From positions 765,527 to 829,526 of the forward strand of contig JBMOPW010000014.1 of NCBI GenBank assembly GCA_049322915.1: a stretch of DNA of 64,000 nucleotides. Reading direction: 5' to 3'. Shown here one piece after another: positions 20,168-29,908 of the stretch. Numbering within the stretch: the stretch's first letter is position 1; every line of letters begins with the position of its first letter. Both the position numbers and the translations under genes were made by a program. This stretch comes from Candidatus Zhuqueibacterota bacterium (lineage in GTDB: Bacteria; Zhuqueibacterota; Zhuqueibacteria; Thermofontimicrobiales; Thermofontimicrobiaceae). Under the pieces are notes generated by a model, which did not search any database, had not been told where the DNA came from, and saw only the letters and a list, made by a program, of their open reading frames with translations.

Positions 20168-21467
20168 CGAAATCTCCACGCATGATTCTATCTGAAATAG
20201 AAAATTCTTCTATATTAAGAGCCTGGTCAATTTCTTTCCCTCTTGCTAAATTTCCCCACGCTTCAAATGGTTTGATAATTGTTCCTTCTTTTGTTTTCCG
20301 ACAGACAAACAAATTTTTGTCATCAACCACATCGAGTAGGGTCGGTGAATGCGTTGTGACAAGCAATTGAGTTTTATTTTCGATCGTGAGGTTGTTAAGG
20401 AGGTCAGCGATCATTTTTATTCGTCTTGGGTGAATACCATTTTCTGGTTCTTCAAAACCAATGAGTACGGGTAATTCCTTTGCACCGCTTATTGCTAATA
20501 AACCCAGAATGCGGAGAGTCCCTTCGGATATAATTCTGGCAGAAACTGGTATTTCACCTTCAAACAATTTTAATTCAACTTCTCCTAATTCATTGACATC
20601 AACTTCAAGCTTTTCAATTTGAGGAACGATTAAATGGAGTGTTTTTCCAATAGCTTGTAATTGTCGGTCATCAATAGCACGTAGAGTGTTTAAGTAAGCA
20701 GCCAGTTCTTCTCCCATAAGACCAATGTGCCTTACTTCTTTGACAGGGTTCGGTGAACGCATACGCTCTCTTGGTTCAAAATAGAAAAATAACCATCGGG
20801 ATAACTCCTCTCGCAAAGCAGCGACATGTGGGAAGTGCGGTAGATATAACGATGAAGAAATTATTGCGTGATCAAGATACCGCTCATAATAGGTAGGATG
20901 GGCTTGCCCTTCCGTTCTTAAGTGCAATCTATTTTCTACATGTTCTAAAAAAGGTTTTCTTTTTTTGTTGATTTCACCATCCGGATTGAGAGCCGCCAAA
21001 TATTCATCAGCAACTCTTAACATACCACTTCTGGGGAAAATCTCAATTGCGATGCGATAGAGTAAAAATTTTTCTTTAACGCCCACGATCTTCTTTGCTG
21101 TGATATCCTCAGATTTTTTATCATCTTTGCCTTTTCTCATTTCGGTGATCTGTCGATTTACCGAGTTGATCACAGATTCGGATAATTCAACTTCGATCTC
21201 AAATTCAAATTTGGCGCTTTCTTTTTCCAATAATCCTTTAATACCTTTTTCAGGCAAGGCAAACGATTCAATTGGTTTCCCGCGATAGGGTGGATCAAAT
21301 GCTTCTTTTAATGTTCGACTTGTAGCAATTCTAGATAAAAGTTGCATAGCGTCAAGAAAATTACTTTTGCCTGAAGCATTAGGCCCGAATAGAATGGATA
21401 AATTCTTAAGCGAAACATCTAAATTTTTAAAGGACTTGTAGCCTTTAATCCTAATTCTTTTAAGCAT
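20160..21467 (-). CDS. AAA_21/ABC-type ATPase
   Basis: GYKSF, Walker A GPNASGKSN, SEGTLR signature, Walker B FEEPENGIHP, TTHSP; AT-rich sequence. Confidence 0.9.
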   Translation of the reverse strand: MLKRIRIKGYKSFKNLDVSLKNLSILFGPNASGKSNFLDAMQLLSRIATSRTLKEAFDPPYRGKPIESFALPEKGIKGLLEKESAKFEFEIEVELSESVINSVNRQITEMRKGKDDKKSEDITAKKIVGVKEKFLLYRIAIEIFPRSGMLRVADEYLAALNPDGEINKKRKPFLEHVENRLHLRTEGQAHPTYYERYLDHAIISSSLYLPHFPHVAALREELSRWLFFYFEPRERMRSPNPVKEVRHIGLMGEELAAYLNTLRAIDDRQLQAIGKTLHLIVPQIEKLEVDVNELGEVELKLFEGEIPVSARIISEGTLRILGLLAISGAKELPVLIGFEEPENGIHPRRIKMIADLLNNLTIENKTQLLVTTHSPTLLDVVDDKNLFVCRKTKEGTIIKPFEAWGNLARGKEIDQALNIEEFSISDRIMRGDFDA

Positions 21468-21814
21468 TGTGCAACTCCATGCCGATAACATATTTATTTT
21501 GGAGAATAGAACCAGTTAAATTTCCCCAATGAGTAACCTGAATCTCTCCTTCGACAATTTGACCACGTCATAAATGACGTGGAAATTCATTGAAAAAGTT
21601 AAAAGTTAGATAATTTAAATAGCCCCGACTTTTAAGTCGGAGAACAGAAATTCACCTCTGATTTTGGGACCTCGTCCCCCTTTTTAGAGTGGACTCATCA
21701 ATAAATATCATAGAAAAATATAGCAAGATTAATATTGTTAATCAAGCGTTAAAATTGCCAGATGATTTTTTTAATAGAGTCCAATCTGTGATGGATGCCA
21801 GCCAGCATTCACTC

Positions 21815-23743
21815 TCACCAGCCGCCGCCGCCACCACCTCCGCCACCTCCGCCGGAGGAACCACCGCCGCTACTGCCGGACCTGGAGCCGGGCGCATGCG
21901 ACGATGAAGAAATGGCGCTGGACAACGAAGACCCCAGGTTCGCTGAAAATCCGGTGCTGCTGAATGCGCTCAGGCTTTTTCCACTGTACCAGGCGGGGGA
22001 ATAGGTGGCGCTGCCCTGACTGGCGCGGCTCAATATGTCCGCGAATTTTTCTGTCCAGGCGACCTCCACATCCAGCGCTAATGCATAAGGCAAAAATTTC
22101 TCGAATAATTCCGGCGTCTTGTGAGGCGCATCGAGCATGTTCAGCCGATCCTCTTCGGCGGTTTCGAGGTACATTTTAAAACCCTCGATGTGATCCATCA
22201 TTTTCCGGCCCAGAATGGTCGGCGCTTTCAACAGCCGGTAAAAAAGGATGTCGAGGAAAATGACGATGAAGACTATCAGCACAGAGAGCGGCGAGGTGAT
22301 CCCGGCAAATCCGAAAAAGACCAATATCTCTGCCGCAAGAAAGGGTAGCGCGAACAGCGTGAGGATCAGCGGGCCGCCAAACTTGAAGACGCTTGTTTTG
22401 GCAGAGTCGATTGCCGTTTTCCAGGCCTTGAACGACATGTACACCATCATCGTGACCCCGGCCGACCATCCGGTCAGCCAGACCGCCAGCATGCCGGCGA
22501 CCGTCGGCTGCGCGGAGGTCAATGCAATGGCTGCAAAGATCACAACCGTGAACAGAATGCCAAATACCATCTTGCCGGAATTCTTGCGGAAGTGCAGCTT
22601 TTCGAAATCCTGCTTCAGACTTTTCTTCAGCGCCGTAATTGCCTTTTGCAAGACCTGATGATTGGACTGCTTGATCTCGACCGTGTCTTTATAGGCGAAC
22701 AGTATCCCTGCGATGCTTTTTTCGCCGGCGGACAGGGTTGAATCTTTCAGCCTGACGCGGCGGAGCACATAAGCGCCGGCGTTATCCGTGATGGTCAAAT
22801 ATCCTTTCACCGCCAGATTCACAATGGCAGACGAGAAGACCCGATCGCTATAGCCCATCCGCATGACGTACCGCGTCGCGGCCGGGGAAAAGCCCGGGGG
22901 CGGTTCAAAGCGAGGGATGATGACGCCCTTCTCAGGGTCTTTTCCCACATTCAGCCAGACCAGATAGTAGTACAGAAAGAGGATGATAAGCCCCAAAAAC
23001 GCGACGACCGTATTTTTATTATCAACGAAAAGAAAACCAATTTTGTGTTGCGAGGAGGGTTCCGGAATCAGGCCCTTCTGCCAGGAGATCGCAATGGTGA
23101 TTCCTTCGTGAGGATTCAGGATGGTGGTTGTTGTAAACCGGGTGTTCCCGTTTGCGTCCGTGTCGACGGCGTAATCGGTCCCCTGAGCGCCCTGACTGCC
23201 GGTGTAGGCAATTATATGGATCGGCGTCGCTTCGGCCGGAAGCTCGACGATGGCTTCGACACGTTCGATTGAAAAATCCCAGTCGAGGCCGGTCACATTC
23301 CAGTAAAGCTCGTCGAATTCCTTGAAGAATCCAATCTGTCGATCGCACTCATAGGTGAAGGTGTAGGTGTATTCCCCTGGATCAAGATAGACATCGCTGC
23401 TGCCAAAATAGACCTTGACTCCGTTGCCGGCATCCTCTGTATGATAGGGCTCTGGCGAGCCATTTTTTTGGACGTCCAGAATTGTAAAGTTGATCCGAAC
23501 GCGATTTCCGAATCGATCCCGATACTGAGTGGGAAAAGTTCGGTAGATGCCCCGCTGAATGACTGCGCCGGTTGAAACGACCCGGACGGTCTCGGTCACC
23601 TGAATGGTTCGGTCTTTTCTGACGCAGATGTAGCTTTTGAAGTCCAGAATTCGCTCCACCTCGTCGGCAATAATCACAGGGTGCAGCAAGATGATGGACA
23701 GGATTATTGTGAAGAAAGAGAGCATTCGTTTATGAGCAACCAT
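21815..23743 (-). CDS. DUF2207 membrane protein
   Basis: RGIYR, DELYWNVTG, FEKFLPYALALDV, Gly-rich GGGGGGGW tail. Confidence 0.92.
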   Translation of the reverse strand: MVAHKRMLSFFTIILSIILLHPVIIADEVERILDFKSYICVRKDRTIQVTETVRVVSTGAVIQRGIYRTFPTQYRDRFGNRVRINFTILDVQKNGSPEPYHTEDAGNGVKVYFGSSDVYLDPGEYTYTFTYECDRQIGFFKEFDELYWNVTGLDWDFSIERVEAIVELPAEATPIHIIAYTGSQGAQGTDYAVDTDANGNTRFTTTTILNPHEGITIAISWQKGLIPEPSSQHKIGFLFVDNKNTVVAFLGLIILFLYYYLVWLNVGKDPEKGVIIPRFEPPPGFSPAATRYVMRMGYSDRVFSSAIVNLAVKGYLTITDNAGAYVLRRVRLKDSTLSAGEKSIAGILFAYKDTVEIKQSNHQVLQKAITALKKSLKQDFEKLHFRKNSGKMVFGILFTVVIFAAIALTSAQPTVAGMLAVWLTGWSAGVTMMVYMSFKAWKTAIDSAKTSVFKFGGPLILTLFALPFLAAEILVFFGFAGITSPLSVLIVFIVIFLDILFYRLLKAPTILGRKMMDHIEGFKMYLETAEEDRLNMLDAPHKTPELFEKFLPYALALDVEVAWTEKFADILSRASQGSATYSPAWYSGKSLSAFSSTGFSANLGSSLSSAISSSSHAPGSRSGSSGGGSSGGGGGGGGGGGW

Positions 23744-23761
23744 AGCATCTCCAGCGCTGAG

Positions 23762-24316
23762 TTAGAATTGCACTTTGGGCGCTGCGCGCTCCGATTCATT
23801 ATCCAGTTGAAAGAAGTTCTCCTGTTTGAATTGAAAACGCTGAGCGACCAACTTCTGCGGAAAGGTTTCGATGAGAATGTTGAAATCGCGCACCGCGCCA
23901 TTGTAGTAGCGCCGCGCCATTTGCAAATGATCTTCGATTTCGCCCATTTGCCGCTGCAAGTCCAGAAAGGTCTCGTTGGCCTTCAGATTGGGATAGTTTT
24001 CGGCGACGGCGAACAGGTTCGTCAACGAGCGGGACAGTGAACTTTCGACCTGAGCCCGGGCGTCTTTGTCGTCTGTCTTGATGCTTTTGGTGCGCAGGGT
24101 CGTGATTTCGGTGAGCAGATTCTTTTCATGCTGCATATATCCTTTCACCGATTCGATGAGGTTGGGCACCAGATCCGTCCTCCGTTTGAGCTGCACATCC
24201 ACGCCGCTCCAGCCTTCGGCAACCAGATTTTTCTTTCGCACGAGATTGTTGTAGACCGAAATCGCCCAGAAAATGACCAGGACGATGAGTCCGAGGATGA
24301 TGTACACAATCGGCAT
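23762..24316 (-). CDS. lemA: LemA family protein
   Basis: YNNLV...WSGVDVQLKRRTDLVPNL, AVAENYPNLKAN, ARRYYN. Confidence 0.95.
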   Translation of the reverse strand: MPIVYIILGLIVLVIFWAISVYNNLVRKKNLVAEGWSGVDVQLKRRTDLVPNLIESVKGYMQHEKNLLTEITTLRTKSIKTDDKDARAQVESSLSRSLTNLFAVAENYPNLKANETFLDLQRQMGEIEDHLQMARRYYNGAVRDFNILIETFPQKLVAQRFQFKQENFFQLDNESERAAPKVQF

Positions 24317-24439
24317 AACGTGGCTCCTTTCATCAGAAGTAATGAAAAAAATGAATTCCACCGTGGTTGGGAATTCATCGGAAAATCGACGGTGGTTCCC
24401 ATACAAATGAAGAGAAAAAATTTCACGAAACGTTTTTCA

Positions 24440-25468
24440 TCAATAACTCGACGCATCCAGTTTCACCTTGCCGCGGAAAATCCAGTAAATGCTGACGGTG
24501 TAGGAAATGACCAGGGGAATGCCGATGAGCGCGATGATCAGCATTATTTTCAGCGTTTGCTGAGACGATGCAGCATTGAAAATGGACAGGCTGTATTCCG
24601 GATTCGATGAGGACAGCACTAAATTGGGAAATATGCCAATGCCGAAAATGGCCATCAGCGCGATGATCGCGGCGCAGGATGAAAGAAAAGCGTGAAAGTC
24701 CCGGCCGTGGATTATTTCGCGCGGGATATTGGCAATGGCTAACATGTTCAAAAAAGGCAGCAGGAACAACACCGGGTGCAACTTGAAAAAGTGCAGCATG
24801 CGCGGCACATAAATCAGCGTGATCATGGTGGTGGTCACGTAGCACAGGATGAAAAAAATGATGGTGCTATTGACCCAGCCGCGGATTTTGTCGTGCAATT
24901 CTCCTTCGGTTTTCAATACGACATAGATAGCGCCGTGCATCATGAACAGCGCAACGGTGGTGAGTCCGGTGACCAGCGCGTACGGGTGAAAGAGGCTCAG
25001 GAACGCGCCGGTGAATTCGCCTTCGGCGTCGAGCGGAACGCCGAGGATGATGTTGCCCAGCGCCACGCCGAGGACAAAGCTGGACACGATGCTGCTGAGG
25101 CTGAAGCTGATGTCCCACATTTGCCGCCACCAGGCCATGGGCTGTTTGCTGCGAAATTCGATGGCAACGGCGCGGAAGATGAGACAGAAGAGGAAAATCA
25201 TGAACGCCATGTAGAATCCGGACAGGGTCGCGGCGTAGACTTTGGGGAATGCGGCGAACAAAGCGCCGCCGCCGGTCACCAGCCAGACTTCATTTCCATC
25301 CCAGACCGGCCCGATGGCATTGATCATTGTCCTTCGTTCGGCATCGGTGCGGGTGAACAGATGCAGTGCGCCCACGCCGAGATCGAATCCATCCAGAACA
25401 GCATACCCGGTGAATAGCGCTCCGACAATCAAAAACCAGATTGTGTTCAAATCAAATGTGAAATTCAT
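24440..25468 (-). CDS. cydB: Cytochrome bd oxidase subunit II
   Basis: LDGFDLGVG, GPVWDGNEVWL, RAVAIEFR. Confidence 0.97.
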   Translation of the reverse strand: MNFTFDLNTIWFLIVGALFTGYAVLDGFDLGVGALHLFTRTDAERRTMINAIGPVWDGNEVWLVTGGGALFAAFPKVYAATLSGFYMAFMIFLFCLIFRAVAIEFRSKQPMAWWRQMWDISFSLSSIVSSFVLGVALGNIILGVPLDAEGEFTGAFLSLFHPYALVTGLTTVALFMMHGAIYVVLKTEGELHDKIRGWVNSTIIFFILCYVTTTMITLIYVPRMLHFFKLHPVLFLLPFLNMLAIANIPREIIHGRDFHAFLSSCAAIIALMAIFGIGIFPNLVLSSSNPEYSLSIFNAASSQQTLKIMLIIALIGIPLVISYTVSIYWIFRGKVKLDASSY

Positions 25469-26811
25469 GCGACATGTCCCTCCCTGATTGGCTCATCGAC
25501 TGGCCCATGTTGAATTTTTTCATTGAGCAAATAAATGAATACCGCGAATAACAGCGCGTAAATAATGCCGAACAGAATAATCGAAGTGATGATTTCGCTG
25601 CGCGATACCGCTTTGGAAATTCCATCGGCTGTCCGTAGGATATTGTAGACGATATATGGCTGCCGTCCCACTTCTGCCGAGAACCAGCCCAATTGATTGG
25701 CGAATTGGGGCCCGAGCACAGAGAGCACGGCAATCCATAAATACCATTTCAGTGAAGACAGTCTCTTCCGCCACCACAAGAAAAGCCCGAGCCAGGAAAT
25801 CGCGATGAGCATCGTTCCAATAATCACCATGCCGTGATAGGTTTGAAAAACGATATTCACCGGCGGTCGCTCGTCCTCCGGAAAAGCGTTCAAACCGACA
25901 ACAGGATGGTCCGGGTCGCCGTGCAGGAGGAGGCTCAGCAGCCCGGGCACTTCAATGCCGAACTGCACCTTCTGTTCTTTTTCATTGACCCAGCCGAACA
26001 GATGATACGGCGCGGCTTCGTATTCCGGGAAGTGCGCTTCGTAGGCCGCCATTTTTGTCGGCTGGTGCTTTTCAACCACGATGGCGCTGTAATGGCCGGT
26101 TCCCAATTGCAGCAGCGAAGAGACTGCTCCGAAAACCAGCGCTAATTTCATGGAACGCTCGGCAAACTCCACATGCTTTTTCTTCAGCAGATAAAATGCG
26201 CTCACGCTGAGCACGAGAAACGCCCCGGCCTGCCAGCAGCCGGAAATGACATGGCTCAGTCGGTCGATGGCCGATGGATTGAAAATCATGTCCCAAAAGT
26301 GAAGTATTTCAGCCCGCGCCTCGGCGCCTTCGCCGACGATGTGATGCCCGGTCGGGGTTTGCATCCACGAATTGGCGACCACAATCCATACCGCGCTGAA
26401 ATGGGCGCCGAACGAGACCATGATCGTGGAAATGAAATGGGTTCGCGGCTTCACCTTTTTCCATCCGAACAGGAGGATGGCCAAAAAGCCGCTTTCGAGG
26501 AAGAATGCGAAAATACCTTCGGCCGCAAGCGCGCTGCCAAAGACATCGCCGACAAACCTGGAATAGGAGGCCCAGTTGGTGCCGAATTGAAATTCCATGA
26601 CAATCCCGGTGGCCACGCCCAGCGCGAAAATCAGCCCGAACACCCGCACCCAGAAATGCGTCATTTGGTGATAGATTTCATTCTTTGTTTTCAGGTACAA
26701 GCCTTCCATGACAATGAGCAAAATGCTCAGCCCGATGGTCATGGGAGGAAAAATGTAATGGAAGGCGATGGTCAGTCCAAACTGGAGCCGTGAAAGCAAC
26801 AGCGTATCCAT
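25465..26811 (-). CDS. cydA: Cytochrome bd oxidase subunit I
   Basis: FHYIFPP, EFQFGTNW, QPTKMAAYE, EVGRQPY. AGGAG RBS precedes ATG 26811. Confidence 0.97.
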   Translation of the reverse strand: MDTLLLSRLQFGLTIAFHYIFPPMTIGLSILLIVMEGLYLKTKNEIYHQMTHFWVRVFGLIFALGVATGIVMEFQFGTNWASYSRFVGDVFGSALAAEGIFAFFLESGFLAILLFGWKKVKPRTHFISTIMVSFGAHFSAVWIVVANSWMQTPTGHHIVGEGAEARAEILHFWDMIFNPSAIDRLSHVISGCWQAGAFLVLSVSAFYLLKKKHVEFAERSMKLALVFGAVSSLLQLGTGHYSAIVVEKHQPTKMAAYEAHFPEYEAAPYHLFGWVNEKEQKVQFGIEVPGLLSLLLHGDPDHPVVGLNAFPEDERPPVNIVFQTYHGMVIIGTMLIAISWLGLFLWWRKRLSSLKWYLWIAVLSVLGPQFANQLGWFSAEVGRQPYIVYNILRTADGISKAVSRSEIITSIILFGIIYALLFAVFIYLLNEKIQHGPVDEPIREGHVA

Positions 26812-27007
26812 TTTGTTCTCCTGTGTGTTTCTTGTTTTTTTATTTTGCCACAGATGCACACGGATGAAACACAAAAAAAAAATAATTTCTATTCAAATTT
26901 GCTAAGAAAAATCAGTGTCTTTTCCGTGTGAATGCGCCGATAAACGCAACTGTGTTTGGCACAACCCGTAGCTTAAGAAATTTTAGTCTGATGAATTGAA
27001 AAAGAAA

Positions 27008-28132
27008 TTAAGCCCCTTGTTCCACGATTTCGTATTCTCTCACGCAAACCCTCTCTTGGGGATCGATGAAAAATAGTCGTTTTCCGAAAATGCGCATGCT
27101 GTCGAACGATTCATCCGGGAACGGAAGCTTGCACATCAAAATGCCATCGGCGCTGAAAATTTCAAATTCCAGCATCTTGGGAATGTCTTCCGGTGAGGGC
27201 ATGCCTTCCGGCTGTTTCTGAAATGTGATGACCCACAATCTGTTATTGTAATCCACATCGATGTCACGGGAAACATGGGAATAATCCCATTTGGGAATTT
27301 TAAGCGGCGATCCGCCAGCGTTCAGCGTTTCAAATCCGTCCTGCCGGAAATGGATGTCGTAATTCAACGGCCTGTCTGCGCAGAATTGGAGCTTGCCTTT
27401 TGTACTGTATTTTTCGATTCTGTTTTGGGAGCGAAACGCCACGTAGATATTATTGTGAGCGTCAGTGCAAAATGTAATTCCATTCAAATAACGAAGCCCC
27501 AGCGGTTCCTGGCAGGTTTCCATTTCACAAAAACTGGATTGAATATCCCCTGACCTGTCCGTGAAATGGAGCAAATTTTTATTGCCTTCGTTGAAAACTT
27601 TATTGATAACGAGATGTGAATCACCCAGCACTTTGAAAAAAATAGTGAAATTTTGTATTCGAAACTCGTGCAAATAATTCCCATCATTATCAAATACTTG
27701 CACGCGTCCGTAAATGTCGATGACATAAATATTGTCTATTTCGTCGATCTCCATTTTCATGATACTCTCAAATTCACCGGGCCCCTGTCCCTTTTGGCCG
27801 ATGGTTTTCACGTAATTCCCAGCCGAATCATATTTTTTGATATGGTTCATCCCCATGTCCAGAATGAAAATGGACCCCTCCGAATCCACGACCAAATCCA
27901 AAGGCTGGGCAAACCACGTGGTTTCGTCCTTTGAATCGGTTTCACCGATTTGGCGAATGAATTGGAGCGACACAGGACTTTTTTCGAATTCGGTGAATTT
28001 GTTATGGACGAGTGTTACGCCATCTTTTTCTTCGATGAGATAGGATTTATCTTTGTCGCACCCGGAAAAAGACAGTGTAAGAACAAAGATTGTAACGCTG
28101 AAAACAAAGCCATTCATTTTGAAAATTTGCAT
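27008..28132 (-). CDS. 6-bladed (NHL-like) beta-propeller lipoprotein
   Basis: Lipobox-like FSGC, GQKGQGPGEF, NHL-type repeats. Confidence 0.8.
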   Translation of the reverse strand: MQIFKMNGFVFSVTIFVLTLSFSGCDKDKSYLIEEKDGVTLVHNKFTEFEKSPVSLQFIRQIGETDSKDETTWFAQPLDLVVDSEGSIFILDMGMNHIKKYDSAGNYVKTIGQKGQGPGEFESIMKMEIDEIDNIYVIDIYGRVQVFDNDGNYLHEFRIQNFTIFFKVLGDSHLVINKVFNEGNKNLLHFTDRSGDIQSSFCEMETCQEPLGLRYLNGITFCTDAHNNIYVAFRSQNRIEKYSTKGKLQFCADRPLNYDIHFRQDGFETLNAGGSPLKIPKWDYSHVSRDIDVDYNNRLWVITFQKQPEGMPSPEDIPKMLEFEIFSADGILMCKLPFPDESFDSMRIFGKRLFFIDPQERVCVREYEIVEQGA

Positions 28133-28267
28133 TCAGCACTCCTGTGTATTGGAACCAACGTTTATGAAGAAATAAAAAATGGGGAAGGATAATCTAACTA
28201 TTTCTTGTTTAATTTGAGGGTAATATAAAAAGATAAATTTTAAATTTCAATCAATCTTTTTTTAAAT

Positions 28268-28313
28268 AAAAAAAGGAGTGAAACGACACATCAAAATCGT
28301 CGTGACACTCCTT
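28268..28313 (-). terminator. Intrinsic terminator
   Basis: AAGGAGTG...CACTCCTT stem with U-tract on the minus strand. Confidence 0.6.
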
Positions 28314-28383
28314 CGCATTTCATCTATCCCCCGGACACCATGCACTTTCCCGGCGATCGGTTCGACAGTTCAATTGTACAGAC

Positions 28384-29406
28384 CTAATTTATTTTCTTCT
28401 TTTCGACTGAACTTTTAATACTTCCTTTTTCAGAGGTGGATTTTTCCTTGCTCTTTTCCGGGGTGCTTTTCTTCACCTCTTTTTTCTTGGTGACTTTTTT
28501 CGCTTCTGTCTCCGGTTTGGTGATCTTGGTGACTTCTTTCTTGGCGCTCGGTTTCTTTAAATTTTCAGTCGAACCTTGTGCCGTCGATTTTTTCACTTCC
28601 GGTTTTGGCTTGGGCTTAATGTCTTTTTTAATTCGCTGGTCAGTTATTGAGCCCCGGGAAGATTTATTGATGGTCGTCTTTTTTTCCACGCGGTCAGGCT
28701 CCACGACTGTGCGATTTGTCCGCTCCGGTTTCTTCACCAGAGTGGACGATCGCGGCACATATTTCACTTTATGAACCGTTTCCACGCGGTTGGTTCGCGT
28801 GACCACGTATGTCGTTCGGGTGCGATAGTGGGTGGTTCGCGTGTAATAAACCGTGTGCGGCACCGGATGATATGTTCGCCACCAATGGGGATAATAGCCA
28901 AAGTAGAAAATAGACCGGTAGGGGCGGTAGACCGGCCGGTAAATCCAGACAATTATTGGCCAGGTATGGACGTGAACCTGGGCTGGCGCGATGTAATAAT
29001 CCGGCCCGTATACAACTTCATTGCCGCGAATCTGCATGTTGTAATTGTCTTCGCTGGTCCGCTCCACCTCAATCGTGGCTACATCCTGAAAATCATCTTC
29101 GCCCAGCGGGACCTGAAGAATGATGACATGCGTCTCATCCACAACATCTTCTACAACGCGGATGTAGTCGACATAGCCATCGCCGTTGAGATCGAGATTG
29201 TTCACTCCGATCTCGGGATCATTGAGTGATTTTTCAAATGATTCCAGATTTTCAGCTTCACGGAACAGCTCACCGACAGCCGATAAATCCAGCCCCTCGG
29301 CTATTTCTGAAGAGGGGGCAATGACGGTGATATTCTCCTGAGCCAATCCAATGGAAACGCTCATGAATGCGAATAGCACTGTCAGAATAAAATAATTACG
29401 TTTCAT
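28384..29406 (-). CDS. Secreted hypothetical protein with DxDxDG loop, Tyr/Arg/His-rich segment and Lys-rich tail
   Basis: Signal peptide, DLNGDGYVD, YRPVYRPYRS, K/E/S-rich C-terminus; AGGAGG RBS. Confidence 0.75.
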   Translation of the reverse strand: MKRNYFILTVLFAFMSVSIGLAQENITVIAPSSEIAEGLDLSAVGELFREAENLESFEKSLNDPEIGVNNLDLNGDGYVDYIRVVEDVVDETHVIILQVPLGEDDFQDVATIEVERTSEDNYNMQIRGNEVVYGPDYYIAPAQVHVHTWPIIVWIYRPVYRPYRSIFYFGYYPHWWRTYHPVPHTVYYTRTTHYRTRTTYVVTRTNRVETVHKVKYVPRSSTLVKKPERTNRTVVEPDRVEKKTTINKSSRGSITDQRIKKDIKPKPKPEVKKSTAQGSTENLKKPSAKKEVTKITKPETEAKKVTKKKEVKKSTPEKSKEKSTSEKGSIKSSVEKKKIN

Positions 29407-29520
29407 GACATCCTCCTGTATCAAAAGTGAGTAAATTGATTTTCTACATACGTCGTGAATCGGGCAAAGTTCTCATTCTTTTTTCAGGGAGCTGATCCAC
29501 GAAATAATATTCGAATTGTT

Positions 29521-29654
29521 GTAACTACGCAACTCACGTATTCCGGAAGCCGCTGGTTAGCTGGCTGGTTGCTTTTTGAACACCATGATACATCGTGGTG
29601 TTGGTACAATTTTAAACCAGCGCCATGGTTCAGCATGGTCGCCTGAGTCGTTAC
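29521..29654. mobile_element. MITE family C, copy 2
   Basis: GTAACTACGCAAC...CTGAGTCGTTAC; about 120 bp similar to 3107-3225. Confidence 0.7.
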
Positions 29655-29811
29655 AAATAGTTTTGAAATTTAGACGATGGCAATCCGAATTCAATCAGTC
29701 GGGAACCGCTATTACAATCGATCAACTTACTTTTTTTCTGGATTATAATACTAAATAAACCCGTCATTGTCAAACACTTTTTCCGGACCAGACCATCAGC
29801 CTCATCCGGAT

Positions 29812-29850
29812 AAAAAAAACCGTCTGCCCCGGGAACGATGGACAGACGGT
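29812..29850 (-). terminator. Intrinsic terminator ending the array
   Basis: ACCGTCTG...CAGACGGT stem with an 8-nt U-tract on the minus strand. Confidence 0.75.
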
Positions 29851-29908
29851 GCGTGCAACGAGATAATTCTCGTCCGTTGGATTTACTTTCGTGTGAGGAA
29901 GTCTTACC

